Shown piece by piece: positions 1-12,700 of a DNA stretch of 64,000 nt. The stretch comes from Phoronis australis (Eukaryota > Animalia > Phoronida): NCBI GenBank assembly GCA_002633005.1, contig NMRA01000208.1, forward strand, positions 473,606-537,605, given 5' to 3'. Position 1 is the first letter of the stretch. Each line of letters opens with the position of its first letter. The position numbers were made by a program, and so were the translations under genes. Under the pieces are notes generated by a model. That model made no database searches and had not been told where the DNA came from. It saw only the letters and a list, made by a program, of their open reading frames with translations.

Positions 1-1343
1 CAGTAAGACATGACTTCTTGGCTTGGTAAGAACTGAGCGGTTGTTATTATTTGAGGAAAGGTCGAGTAAGTTGTGTCAAGACTGGATAACCTTGGCTTGG
101 CCTGGCTAGTCATTTTATGTGTCCAAGGATGAGGCCTGTCTTACAGCAGGAAGTGGTCTACATATGACTGCAGGTTGATTACCTTGGTGATGATGAACAT
201 TGTATTCACACTTGTCCCTGCAGTTTTTATGAAATCCCCAGTGAATGATTTAGTGAATGATTTAGCATTTAGCACCTTCAATGGAAAGGGGATGGCATGA
301 GATACATAGTAAGATAAACTCATCTTCTGTCTAGAAGATCCTGTGGCTATTTCTAAATTTGATTCTTATTTTTGTATTTTAATATTTGCTGTTCACCAAT
401 CATTTGAGAATGAACTGATGTCACTTTTGTAAGTGTTGTTGGATATATCCAGTCACAGTAATGTTTAGCCACTAGGTTTTATGTAGTCGTCTTTAGTATG
501 CAAGTTTTCAGATTAAGATAGTGCCGATTGTGTTGCGGGAAACTTGCAGTTGATACTAGAAGTATTTAATTTTAATACAATTTTGTGTTCTTAAATTTTG
601 GTTTACCGTTTTAGGTAGTTTGAATTTGTGTTTTGTATTTTAATTTTAAAAGTTTTCTTTGTAAGACTAGTGGTAGTTTTCGAAAGAGAAGTTGACAAAT
701 TTCTTCTCATTGAAAATTGACAAAATTTCAATGCAAAATTTTTTGGCTAATTTTGAAATGATTTTAGTGTTATGATATCTGGTTTCCTTTTTTGATTTTC
801 GCCATAACTTTTACGAAGCCGGGTGATTTTTAACGAAATATGTCATCTTTTCTTTTGAAACCTACTGCACGTGACAAGCACTGCAGATCCCATAACGTGA
901 CCAACAGATGGCACATGGGAAGACTAAAATCTAATTCTTACTTTCTGACAAACTTTGGGTTTTAAAAAGTTTGCAATTTCTCTGAATAGGTGTATTTTGT
1001 AAATAGTATCTCCCAGACAAGTAGAACTAGCCTTAGCATGATCCACACAAGCAGTGCATTGTAATTTCAATAATTTTCTTTTATTGTTTTGTTCCTTTTA
1101 TTTTGCAACCATGTTTTCTGTTAAGAAAGGAAGTAATTATATGACATGCGTTAATATAACATCAGATACTGTGACTGTACTATGGTGATGATAATTTTAA
1201 TTATTTTATGTTCTTCGACAGTGTTTATTGTCCTTTCCTTAAATAAACCCTTTCTGTGGTTGTACATGGTGTCACTGTGTTAACCCTGACATTGATTTTG
1301 ATCTCCGTTTTTTTTATTTCTTAACGTTTGTTTCATGCCTCAG

Positions 1344-1540
1344 TGGATTTGAGTAAGGTTCGTTTGTCGTCGGAGCTTTGTAACATAATCAACACATCAA
1401 AGAAATGCGATGACCTAGATCCGTTGATATCTCCGACAGAGGAGGATTACGCACGACTGCGACGTCGGGGGATGGGTGGACTGTGCTGTGCTGCGTTTCC
1501 TGTTGCTAAAGTGATTACTAGAGAACTGAAAAAACTATGA
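1344..1540 (+). CDS. Candidate alternative terminal coding exon of ARHGEF7
   Basis: A strong polypyrimidine tract and CAG end at 1343. The phase-1 start is the same phase as exon 5401. It reads VDLSKVRLSSELCNIINTSKKCDDLDPLISPTEEDYARLRRRGMGGLCCAAFPVAKVITRELKKL*, with locally higher GC. AATAAA at 3210-3215. No homology recognised. Confidence 0.45.
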
Positions 1541-2633
1541 TAGTTGTATCAACACTGCGGGACAGTTAATACTGCAATAGTTTTGTCCAAGTAACTACTC
1601 AGTAACTTGGCATTGGTAGTTGTACTATCTCCCAGAAGGGGGCGCAATTGGTGATTTCTACCATTCTGTTGCTATCTTGTGATTAATCTGTGACAGGAAC
1701 TGTAAAATCAGTTCTGCTTAGCTGAAGGTTTTGTTTGTCTGTGTTTCACTCATGTTTCTGTGCTCCATGAGATGATCAAGTTCTACTGGTTTACTGGCAG
1801 TAATTTTTTTAGGACGACTCAATTCAATGTTGTCTCAAATATCCAAGACTGTCTGTTGATCTTTTCCCTTATCTTCAGGGATTCTACCAACACATTCTCT
1901 ATCTTTGCACTGATATTTTTCTGTTGAATCAAATTTTGATATCTGTGCAATGCACAAACACGGTTCTTTACTCACAATAGTCTGTTTAAATAAGTTTAAT
2001 TTATTCATTAAGTGAAAGCGTCATCAATGAAGGAACTTGGAACAATGATGTAAATTTTTGCTATGAAAATTGAAAAGTTTTATGTAATTTTAGTGAAAAC
2101 CATTTCAATTGTTGTTATGAAGGACATTTTACCGGTTGTAAATACTTGACAACTTGTGCCTGTGTTATGAAAGCAGCGTACAAGTGCCTGTGTTATGAAA
2201 GCAGCGTACAAGTGTCACTCGCCGGCATTGCCAGGAGTATTCAATGGGGGGCAAGTGCGAAATTGTTGGCGATGGGGGAGGGTAATGAGTGACTCTTTGC
2301 CAGGAACAAAGGAGGGCAAAAGCAAAGTTCAAGTGTGTTTGTTTTAAGGCGGTGGAGGCTTTTTGCTATAAGCTGGACCTCAGTTGCCCCCTCGTATGGC
2401 TACGCCAGTTTTGACACATGGTATTCAGTTGACAGGCTAGAACGAGTTTAACAAAGCAGTCCCTGATGCTTACTAGTATTTGCAAATGTTTCAGATTAAA
2501 GTGAAATAAGTTTTTTTGCTGTTAAAATCTACATTGATTTAGTGACTTAATGCTGTTAAAATCTACATTGATTTAGTGACTTAATGCTGTTATCAATTAC
2601 TGTGAGTTGTGTGCTTGATACAATCAAAAGTTT

Positions 2634-2703
2634 ACATTCACATGTCACATTCACATGTCACATTCACATGTCACATTCACATGTCACATTCACATATCAC
2701 ATT
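2634..2703. repeat. 13-bp tandem repeat, ~5 copies (ACATTCACATGTC)
   Basis: Direct reading. Two-copy duplications lie nearby at ~2155-2214 and ~2517-2591. Confidence 0.9.
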
Positions 2704-4298
2704 CCTGCTTTGTATGAACTGTGAAAGAAAATAGAATTTTTTAATCACTGGCTGACGTTGCCACAAGTCAAAGTCGATGCTTCAGTTAAGTCTAAACCTC
2801 AAGGGGTTTAAAGTAAATTTGTATAGTGCTGTAGGGTGGTAATGTGTGAAAAGTGAAAATTCAGTTCAAACTGATTGTTGCGTGTCACGATATTCCATCT
2901 TTAGTGTCTGTGTCATTGTGTTGATAGGCAATAAAACTTTCTTTATCTGCAACCAGAATGTTCATGCCTTTGATAATGTCAACTCTCTGCAACAGCCTTC
3001 AACACAGAACACAAGGTGGTGCTGTGTTCAACCCATGCTTAACTCTGCACAGTGTGTGTGTGCAATCTTGTTTGCTTTTCACTTTGCTTCTTTGGTTTCC
3101 TGCTTGTAGGTGATATTGTCAGAGGTTATGATAACATTGTACTAGTCCAACTGTATCATAAGTTATGAATGTGTTCAGTCTCGTTGTCCTGGTCTGATGT
3201 TTACAATGAAATAAACTGCTTGTTTGAACTTTTTCAACACTGGCGTTGAGCGTTTTTCAACGATTTGTTAGATGTTTGACATTTTTGGCAAGTGTGTAGT
3301 AATTACGAATTACGCCCCAATGCAGGTTAGTATCTGATGTTGTGCTTGGTAAAACTGCTTCAAGATGTTCTAAAAGTTCGTTAAATAAGTATGGTAAGAA
3401 TTCCTTTAATTTGCTCATTGAAACATCAATTATTTCCACAAAATTTTGGGCAATACTGTGTTATAATGCTTCCGCATTTTAAGAACCATTTGGCTCCTGT
3501 TATTGAGTGGAGAAATTTGGTTCTCATAATGTGAACTGTCACATGTTATGTCAGATTATCACCAAGTTTTGGATTGAAACTTAAGAGACTATTTAGTGAA
3601 TAAGGTGTTTAAAAGTTAGAAAAATGGTTTTGTCATAAAGTTACGCCTTCCTTTAAAATCAGTTGTGAACGTCAAACTTTCTGACATGTGTCAAGGGTTA
3701 CAGTTAAGGAATTCTTACAGTTATTTGTCAATTGTAGTTTTCTGCAAGTGGTAGCATGTAGCAGGCTTTTGTAAAAATTTGTTGTACTGTCATTAAGAAA
3801 TTTACTCCATTTTACAATCATGTGTGAGGGCCGTTAAACTTAAGTGGTGAGTGCAAGGTTGGTTTTGTGCCATGTAAAGTTTGGCTAAGTGAATGTTAAG
3901 AACATTAAGTGACTTGTATCAATTTGGCACCATTGTTCCTGCTTTAGAGTTTGTTTTCCATGAGAAGTGACACTTCAAGGTTAAGTGACACTTCAAGTTT
4001 AAGTGACACTTCAAGCTTAAGTCAGAAACTTGGTCTTACGCTCCACACAACTATTTCTGGGGAATAATTAAATCTCACTTTAATAAAAGTAGATATCTGA
4101 GAGTACATCACTAACTGCTAGTTAATGGCCAACAGGTGGCGTGCTGACCAGACTTATGTATTTGTATACCTGCTAGTCATTGAGATAATTTGTAGAGATT
4201 ATTTCTAGTCTGTAATGTGCTGTTAGTTGTTGGCTATCTTTATTCAGTAATCAGGAAGCAGGAGAGTAATACTTGAAAGTTTCTGACTCAAGTCTTCA

Positions 4299-4417
4299 GT
4301 CACTATTCATTAAACAGGACCCCTGGACACTATTGTGGTCACTATTCATTAAACAGGACCCCTGGACACTATTGTGGTCACTATTCATTAAACAGGACTC
4401 CTGGACACTATTGTGGT
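4299..4417. repeat. 39-bp tandem repeat, 3 copies
   Basis: GTCACTATTCATTAAACAGGACCCCTGGACACTATTGTG x3. It explains the repetitive ORF 4273-4512. Confidence 0.9.
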
Positions 4418-5400
4418 TGTTGTTACTAATTTTGATTTCAGTTTTTGGGTGTTTGATCGAGTGTATTATGTTTTTGTGTGTTGTTTTGTTATTTGTTGTT
4501 TATGTGATGTAGTTTATGTCAAAATGTGTTAAAGGAAACAGTCAAATGGATTACTTAATCTAAGAAAATGTTGGGATTTTTGGACGTTTTGAAAACTGTC
4601 AGTCCATAAAATGACTGTTTGAATTCTATTTTTGGAAAAATGCTTGTTGGTCAAATTTCATTCCTTCCCAAGATGTCACATTAATTCATTAACATTAATA
4701 GAGTTCAGTGTTCATCTGGTGCTCAAGCTATCGATTCGTGTCAGAAGCTTAATATGTCCCTTGGCACTACTGTGTCATGTCTCAGGATGATGACACGTAC
4801 AGTTGAAGTCATCTTATCTTTCAAGGGCTTTTCGCATTGCTGTGAATGCACACAACTTTTCAAAATATTGCCTGGTGTTACTTGGTGGTACATATAGTGC
4901 CTGTAGTACCTGGTGGTACGTGAAGTACACAAGTTGAGTATGGAAAAGCACCAGTTATTTGCTCCTTATTCTTAAGGAAAATGAGAAAATAAAATATCAC
5001 CTATCCTAAATGTTGAGATTTTACCATATCAATGGTCAACAAAAAATGCATACAGTGGTGAATGATTGTGACACCAAACTTACTGTTTTAAAAATGATTA
5101 AATATTGTTTATTTTTCTAAAAAATAATACACAGACAGTGTTTTGTAAGTATTTTTCGCCCCCAATATTTGATAAGACATATAGAATCACAGCATTTCCT
5201 CGAACTGATACTCGTGTGTTCGGTTGTTTTATATAGATTTTGTATTGGCATATTATTTTTCAAACGCTTGTAGGTTGTTAATTTCTTCCTCATGTTTTAT
5301 TTATAATTTGTTTCACCTGGAGTATGAGACTTTGTACCTTCAGCTAGTGTCGATTGGGCTTGGTGAATTGTTAATTATTCTTGACCTATTTTGTTTTCAG

Positions 5401-7157
5401 CGATCCTGGATTGCCCGCATATGTTAGTGGCAGAGGATGAAAAAATCATCAATGAAGAAATCAAAGGAAACGAGATTATTGTAGAAGAAAAGTGAGTGTC
5501 TTGTGTTTTTGCTATTCTCGTTCTGTTTTGCCTAGATCTGTCATGGTTTGTCCTGACAACAAATTGTTTATTGGATGTTTGAGAAGTCTTTTAAAGTTGT
5601 ATCTACTGATTGTGTCTTGACCCTGGGGAGCAGTACGGTTAATAAATGTGAGTGCAGAAAAGTTTCTCCTTATAAAGTGAAATTTCACCAATTAAGGACA
5701 CAACATGTCTGACACATGAAATTTTATTTTCCATTTTTGTATAAAAGATGTGTACCACCACAATGATTTTCCAAATTCTGTACCTTAGCCATTACTTGGG
5801 TAATATTTTGAAAAATGGTCAATATTCTCATTAATGTTAGAATCCTTTGAAAAATAAGATTTTATGATACCTTAAATGTTGCTTTGTGTTGTCTGTATTT
5901 GATTTACTTTGTATTGTAGATCCCTTGTTGACACTGTGTACTCGATAACAGACCAGTTAAAAGATCTCAAAACGGTGAGCTTTCAAAAGTTCTCTCATTA
6001 CGACCTGTGACCTTTTTGTTTACTACAGGATATTGCCAGGCTAACTAAAGCTAGGTTCCCAGAACACATTCAGAGCTGGTATGAACCCACTTTCCATCAA
6101 CGAATCTGGTTTAGAACCGTTTAGCGCATCAGCACGGCTCTCAGCTTTTCCTCAACTCAAGTGCTATCTGGGCTGGGAAAGAATTGTCAGTCATTGTCGG
6201 AGACCATACTAGACCCGCCCATCACAGTTGGAGACCATACTAGACCTGCCCATCACAAACTAACTTGTTGTGGCTGGCCTCGAGCACTAGCAAACTTTCA
6301 GGTCTTTCCAATCCCAGAAATCATCTCCGATTTTAATAAGGATCAAGTACAGATCAGATTCACAACACCGAGTCGCATTAAATCATCATTTTTAATGAAG
6401 TTGGGTTTTTACTTACTAGGTTTTATACTCAGGAGTCACTGATAAGACATGTCAAGATGACACCTGTGCATGATTGCCTGACACAGTCCCAAATAGGGAC
6501 TCAACTAAATTCCCTAAATCTTTTCCTTATTTTTTTTTTGTTCTTTACTCACAGATTTTATATTTTTTTGTCATTTTGTCTTTATTATGAGTACCCATTT
6601 GGCTAATGACATTTTCTAATGATATAACTACGTACTGAGGCCTAATGGAGTCCTAATAATTAAGGACTTACTATTTGAATCAGGGGCGTTGCACAAAAAG
6701 AACCCTACGAATTTTCAATATTATTGACAATTCAATGTAGATTTTTCTCTGGGTTTGTATCGAAGCCAAAATTTGACTTAGTTACAACAAAAGAAAGAAC
6801 GATCAGTGGTTTCACAAGTCCATAAATACGCTTTACATTTAGGAACTTAGCCGAGTCTCTATTTGGGACTGTTTCATGCAAGCGGGCTCAGAAAACCAAA
6901 TACAAACATCCTTTAAATCATGGCCCTGTGTATTTTTTCTCATACGTGGTGAAGGTCACACATTGGTGCAAAAACGAAATTTGAATACCCTGTTAGAGTG
7001 CTTGTCATTTTCATCAATATTTCAGAACCAGGAAAACATGCAGAAAGAAATTGATGAAGAAAAACGAGCACGGAAAAGGTTGGAGGCTATGTTACGAAAA
7101 TCACTGAGAAGTTTGGTGGATGTTACAAGCTGGGACGAGTCTGGTCAAGTCCAATAG
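5401..7157 (+). CDS. ARHGEF7: 3' coding exons of Rho guanine nucleotide exchange factor 7 (beta-PIX/Cool-1), partial gene
   Basis: Exons 5401-5491, 5920-5974 and 7026-7157 have GT-AG boundaries and consistent phases. They splice to ILDCPHMLVAEDEKIINEEIKGNEIIVEEKSLVDTVYSITDQLKDLKTNQENMQKEIDEEKRARKRLEAMLRKSLRSLVDVTSWDESGQVQ*. This matches the beta-PIX C-terminal coiled coil (EEKSLVDTVY...EEEQRARKDLE...WDET). Upstream exons lie outside the window. AATAAA at 8889-8894. Confidence 0.9.
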
Positions 7158-9776
7158 AGAAGTTAGATTACTAGGCATTAGGTGCATGACAAATTTGAAC
7201 AATAACCCGGTGGACGTAGTTACTTTGTCTCGTGCACATCTCAGCTTGACCCAGTTTTCTGTTGTGGAGACAGCATCATGCTGAGCAGGGACTTCCTCTC
7301 AAGGTTTGGTCGGCTCATGTTACAAACACACCTTGCCAGACTTCACTGAAACAGTGAATGTATTTTTGTGTTACCAGTGGGTAAATCTGTCGTTATTGTA
7401 AAAAACACCCAGAATTTGTTTTTGAAATTGGCTTAGAAGGAAGTAAAGTTACAAGTTATGCTACCTTAAATCAGATGTCTAGAAAATAACTCGCATTTCT
7501 TCACTGTCCAGAAACACACGGCTGACAAACAATAATATGAATTTGCTACTGCTTAACTGTTGTGGCCTGACGGGAATCATATGAGGATAACCTTACATAA
7601 CCTTTCTGGTGATGACTCGTGTTTCCTGCACACTTCAACTCTAAATATTTTGCCTTAAGGCCTTTCCGACTGGCCTACAAGTCTAGATGAAGTAACTCTT
7701 TGCCAGTGCTCTTCTGTATTAGACCTTTAGTTCTGCATCTTAGACTTAGTCTTGTGAACGTCCTGGGGCTCATAAAGTATCATAAGTCATTGAGTTCAGA
7801 GTTATGAAATTCATTATTTCTTTTCTTAGATATTATGTCGGTATTGCAGTTTTGCTTGAATTCAAATTGTTGTTACACTTGGCAGTTCAAACAAAAATGT
7901 TAGTACTGTAAAAATTCTAGAATTTGGGACAGTCTCTAGAATGGACTGAAATCAGTATTTTTTACTTGTGTCAGTCAGTGATTATTTATGGAGTGAATCA
8001 CTGGTTATTCTGAAATTATGTTTGTTAGTATAAATTGTTAATCGTAACTAGAATGTTTTCTGTGCCGTCTTCCAAAACATTTATAATGTGCTGCAATATT
8101 CTCGTTCGTTTTTACTAGACAGTCTCAACAACTGCCAATGACCTTTAATCACAGTTGCTGGAAATGCAACTTTCTCATGTAGTCAAACAGCCAGGATTTT
8201 TCTAAATCTTTTGTTGAAGGCCCGTCCCTTATCATTTGAAGTACGATTACGCTCAAAGTTGTCCAGGTTTGTCAGTCCTCACCATTTTGTCAAGACAAGC
8301 TTAGACATTCAAGGAACTAGATGGTAGGACAGGGCCTTTTCTGAAGTTCACCAAATCCAATGGCATACAGTACATGTGGTTTGGTACTTGTGAAATAGAA
8401 CTCTTTAAAGGCTATCTTGAACTTTAACACCTGTAAATTTGGTTCCTGCAGTATTTTAAGAGCATCACTCTCATCCCATAAATTGCCAAATGTAACGAAC
8501 TGTTAGGCATATTGGCTTGCTTTTGTCTACGTCACCGCGACAATCACCTTTTAATTTAAACAGCTGTGAATAACCCCCACACGCAATGGTGTTCTATTCT
8601 GACTCCTATTCAGTACAACTGTTATCGGTCTTTTGTTGTTTGTGCTGGGATCTCGCCGTGACGCAATATGGCACAAAAAGGCACCTTCACCTATCATTTT
8701 GTGACAGGCCTACATCTGAGTGATTAAACTCGTATTTTCTTATTTTGCCAAGGCATTGCTAGGACTACCTGGATAGCCAAATACATCTAAACAAAATTCC
8801 TTTATGTATTGTTGGTTAAGTCATTAAGCTCATTTGCCCCAACTATATATAGTGCCACTCATTAGGAGCAGTAATTGTGTAAAGATGTAATAAATAATTT
8901 ATAGTTTGTTTTAGTTGTTTTTTAATAATGCTTATGAACCTTTAGTAAAGGTTTGAGCATTGTCACTTGTTGATTTTTAAACAAAGATTCTAGAAAAGGA
9001 GTCCAACTCCATTACAACAAAACCTGGGACCTTGTGGTGGTGTTGCCTTAAGTTTGTTATAACCTAATCAATTTGTACGTATGTAGTATATCCACTAACA
9101 ATTGAAATACCTGCAATCTCTTTTTAAAACAAATTTTAAGAATTTACGGATATCCAAAAAAACCCATTGTTTGATGGCAAATAATTAATATAAAACATGC
9201 TTTCTATCTGCTATTGACTATAAATTAAAAAACGCAATATTTGAAGTGCAAAAAATATTGAAAATCGAAAGACGTGAAAATGATTTACGTAGTTGAAATC
9301 ACAAATAATATTTGCCACAAAAAATGAGGTTAAAGAATTGTGATGACAAAAAGTTATCACTTTATAATAATAATAACAGAACTTTAAAAAAGCTCCGCGA
9401 AGGTTGAAATTTAGCTTGTATTACAAATAAGTGCATAAACAGAAATGGTTTATGATACGGCAAAATTATGACAATGGAGTAAAAAGTAAGTCGGCTCAAA
9501 TCCTCGTAAGCCCATTTCACATTACTGTATTGGCCAATGTAATAAATTTACACTACGGTGAAAAAAATTCTTCAAGAACTTGTAACAAGTTGGGTGTGAG
9601 TCTCACCCTTCGCAAAAGGGTCTCTCAGACATCAGCACCTCCAGTCACGATGCAAATTTCTTATAGCCGAGCACCCTGCAAAACGAAACCTTACTCCAGC
9701 AATGCGCTTGACAACACTAAAAGCAGTTGCTATAACAACCCACGCCATCCACCGTTAAGTCATTCCTCGACTGTCC

Positions 9777-12700
9777 TTATTCCGTACCGCCCAAACGATG
9801 ACGACCAGCAAGATCGGTGTCAGCATCATCTAGCAGTTCCTCTAACGTGTCTTCCTTGATTTCCACGAATCGATTTCGCGACCGATTGAACAGATACATA
9901 TCACCACTGTAAATGTCAAAGAACATTGCGTGAAGGCGCACTTCATTTTTCTTCAGCTTCTCCTTGAGGAAAGAATAGCTTGCAACATGTTCAAGTTGTT
10001 GAAGACAGTTGACCTGAAAGTAGATTACGCCATCAGCAATGATACACCAGGACCAGTACAGCCGTATTGCATGTAACACTTGGGAGGGGCTTATTAAGAA
10101 GAAATTAATTTAAGGGTATGGGCATGATCAAAAAATTGTTTTTAATGCGTGCTGGACTTGGTGCTGTGAACAGCAGTGGTGGCATTTCCTTCATTAAGAG
10201 CACTCAGTCTGGTAAACACAAAAATAATTGCAGACAACCTGGTACAGCTTTTAACAGACGGGCGCAAGCTGCTCAGGTAGGTCCATTGCACTGATCACCT
10301 GGAACCATTTTTATGCTTTATCAATGTATTTAAAACCGAGCTGAGGAGCTAGAGACGTGATTCAAGAGTGTAGTAGTGTGCGCCAATGGGACTCGAACAC
10401 ACGACCCTGAGTAAAAGAAACAAATTGTGAAACTGCCTACCATAGAAAATTTATCAACAATTGAAAACTTGTTTTCTGGATCAATGTAAGCTGAAATGTT
10501 ATGTTTGGGAGCTTCAGCTAAGAAGTCCAGTTTCTTCAATCCTTGCTGAGCCTCACGCTGCCATTGGTTGAACTTTTGCACAGTGGCTCCCCCATGCTTC
10601 TTAAGCCAAAGCTCAAGAGGAGTCCCATCTCTCTTGCTAACATCTTCCTTGATGCTATACAGCTTGTTCATGGCCTACAATCATGCAATGCAAATTTTAA
10701 GCAGCCATCACATAGTAACCACAATGAGTAAGTCATGCTTCAGCGTCGCTATTGAGGAATGTTTCAATTTAGCACAAAATATGGCAGACAAGTAAAATAA
10801 ATCTCAATATTTTTGTAATTACATTATAAGCAATTTGTACAGAAGCTATCAAAAACAATTCTAACGAATTCTATGAACTACATACTAGTAAAACTATTGT
10901 AAGGCACATTATCCAATAAACTACACAAACTAATGCTTAGGCCCCCACACAAAATAGGCATACCCAAGTCATAGCCACAGAGGCCCTTTCAATTTCTGGT
11001 CACCTTGGAGAATGGACCAGTCATTGTGACGACAGGGGGTGGTTGGATATTTGTGTTATTACCACGGGCAGGTGATGACACAGCTACCAGACTCCTTATA
11101 GCTTAGAAGCCCAGCACTAAATTTGAATGTAACGAGTCTTTAACAAAGTATGAACTCTGCAATTTTGGCAGTTCTTTAAGTACAAAACTGATTTTCCATT
11201 TTCATTTGTAGCCTAGTAGCCAGAAAAGGGCACCTATAAAGTCTTGGTAGTATAAGTTTTTTTTGGATGTTTCATGTCTCAGTGCATTTTAGCTGGGTTG
11301 TAATCTGGACAACCTTGAACATTTTATTAAATAATTATGCAAATTAAGTCGGCCATTATACAAAATTCTGTTTTCGCTTGTAACTTCCATTGCAAATGGT
11401 CAGTGAATATAATGGAGCTACTTTGGAGGTTGATACATCCATAATTTGTAAAAAAACATGCAAGTGAAGCAGTCATTATTGAAAATTCTACGGCTGCGGT
11501 GTTAGTCACTACAGATAAATTATATTGATATTTGCACCCATGTTTCTGTGATCAGTTAGTTTTATAATTAAATAAAGTGTACAGGTTCCTGCATGATAAA
11601 TTTGCATAATTTATGGACACTAGGGACGCCATCAGGCCTTTATGCAGCGTACGTCCATTGGGACGCCCTAGCACTAATCTGGACGCCCTGGTAAGGACGC
11701 CCAATGTATCATTTGGACGCCCACTGTCAATAAGGAACCTTTCAAGTTTGGACTCACATTGTAATGAATACTAGGAAGCCTCTCAAGGCTCACAGTGGGG
11801 GCTCTTTTTTCAAAGCAGGAAGAAATATACAATGTATATACAAAGTATATGCATTGTTGCTATTTTGACACTTGATTGACAGCATTGTAAAAGTCTTGGT
11901 CTACAGTTTTTTTAGTAAAAATGCTCACCATAGAAGGCTGTTTTATAAACTTAGATGTAAAAACCTTGCTCTATGCATTTTTTGTAAAAAAACCTGTGTG
12001 TTTGGGGGTATAATTGGGGGTGAGGGGTTACGCGTCGGAATCATGGATGCCCTGGAATATTGGGAACCCCATTTTGGACACCCTATTTTCAACATCCTGG
12101 ATAAAGCCCTGGACGCCATTACTTAAAATTCTGTTTCTGCTCACAATTAATTTCCTTACGGGATTCTACATATAGATTATTTTGATATTTGCACCCAATT
12201 TATGGTTTTGTAGTCAATGAGTATAAAGAAATCAGCTGCAAGTCATTACATCATGAATTTACATTTTTTACCTGCTCTACATACCTTACAATCGGAGTGA
12301 CCACAAACCACGACATGTCGTATTTTCTGTTGCACACACGCCAATTCCAAAGCCCCGGGTTCTGTGGTCACAGCATCAAAGTTGACGTGTTTACTGTCAG
12401 GAATGAGATTTCCAGCATTACGAACAACAAACATTTGGCCAACACCAGCTTGCGTAACACGTGTTGTCAAGATACGACTGTCCATACACGTGAAAAATAT
12501 GGCAGTTGGCTGTAATAATGAACAATACACACATATAATGTCACATGGAAAGTACAACAAATCGTATCTCAGGCACTTATTATTGGATTTACCAGTGCTG
12601 ATTTAATGGGTATGTAATATAACTAAACATGGTGTACATACTGAATGATCAAACTTAACAACAGGAGCAACAGGAAGTTTTCAAATTTGTCCTCCACTGC

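Noticed and set aside
6029-6125. Possible extra ARHGEF7 terminal exon (DIARLTK...RTV*)
   Set aside because: It would need a ~54-nt intron, shows no homology and looks repeat-derived.
9431-9859. 142-aa plus-strand ORF; also 26289-26654, 34980-35351 and 61259-61528
   Set aside because: These are antisense shadows of real coding exons or UTRs.
10379-10411. Functional tRNA gene
   Set aside because: Only a T-arm-like 3' half is present, with no acceptor stem or D-arm.
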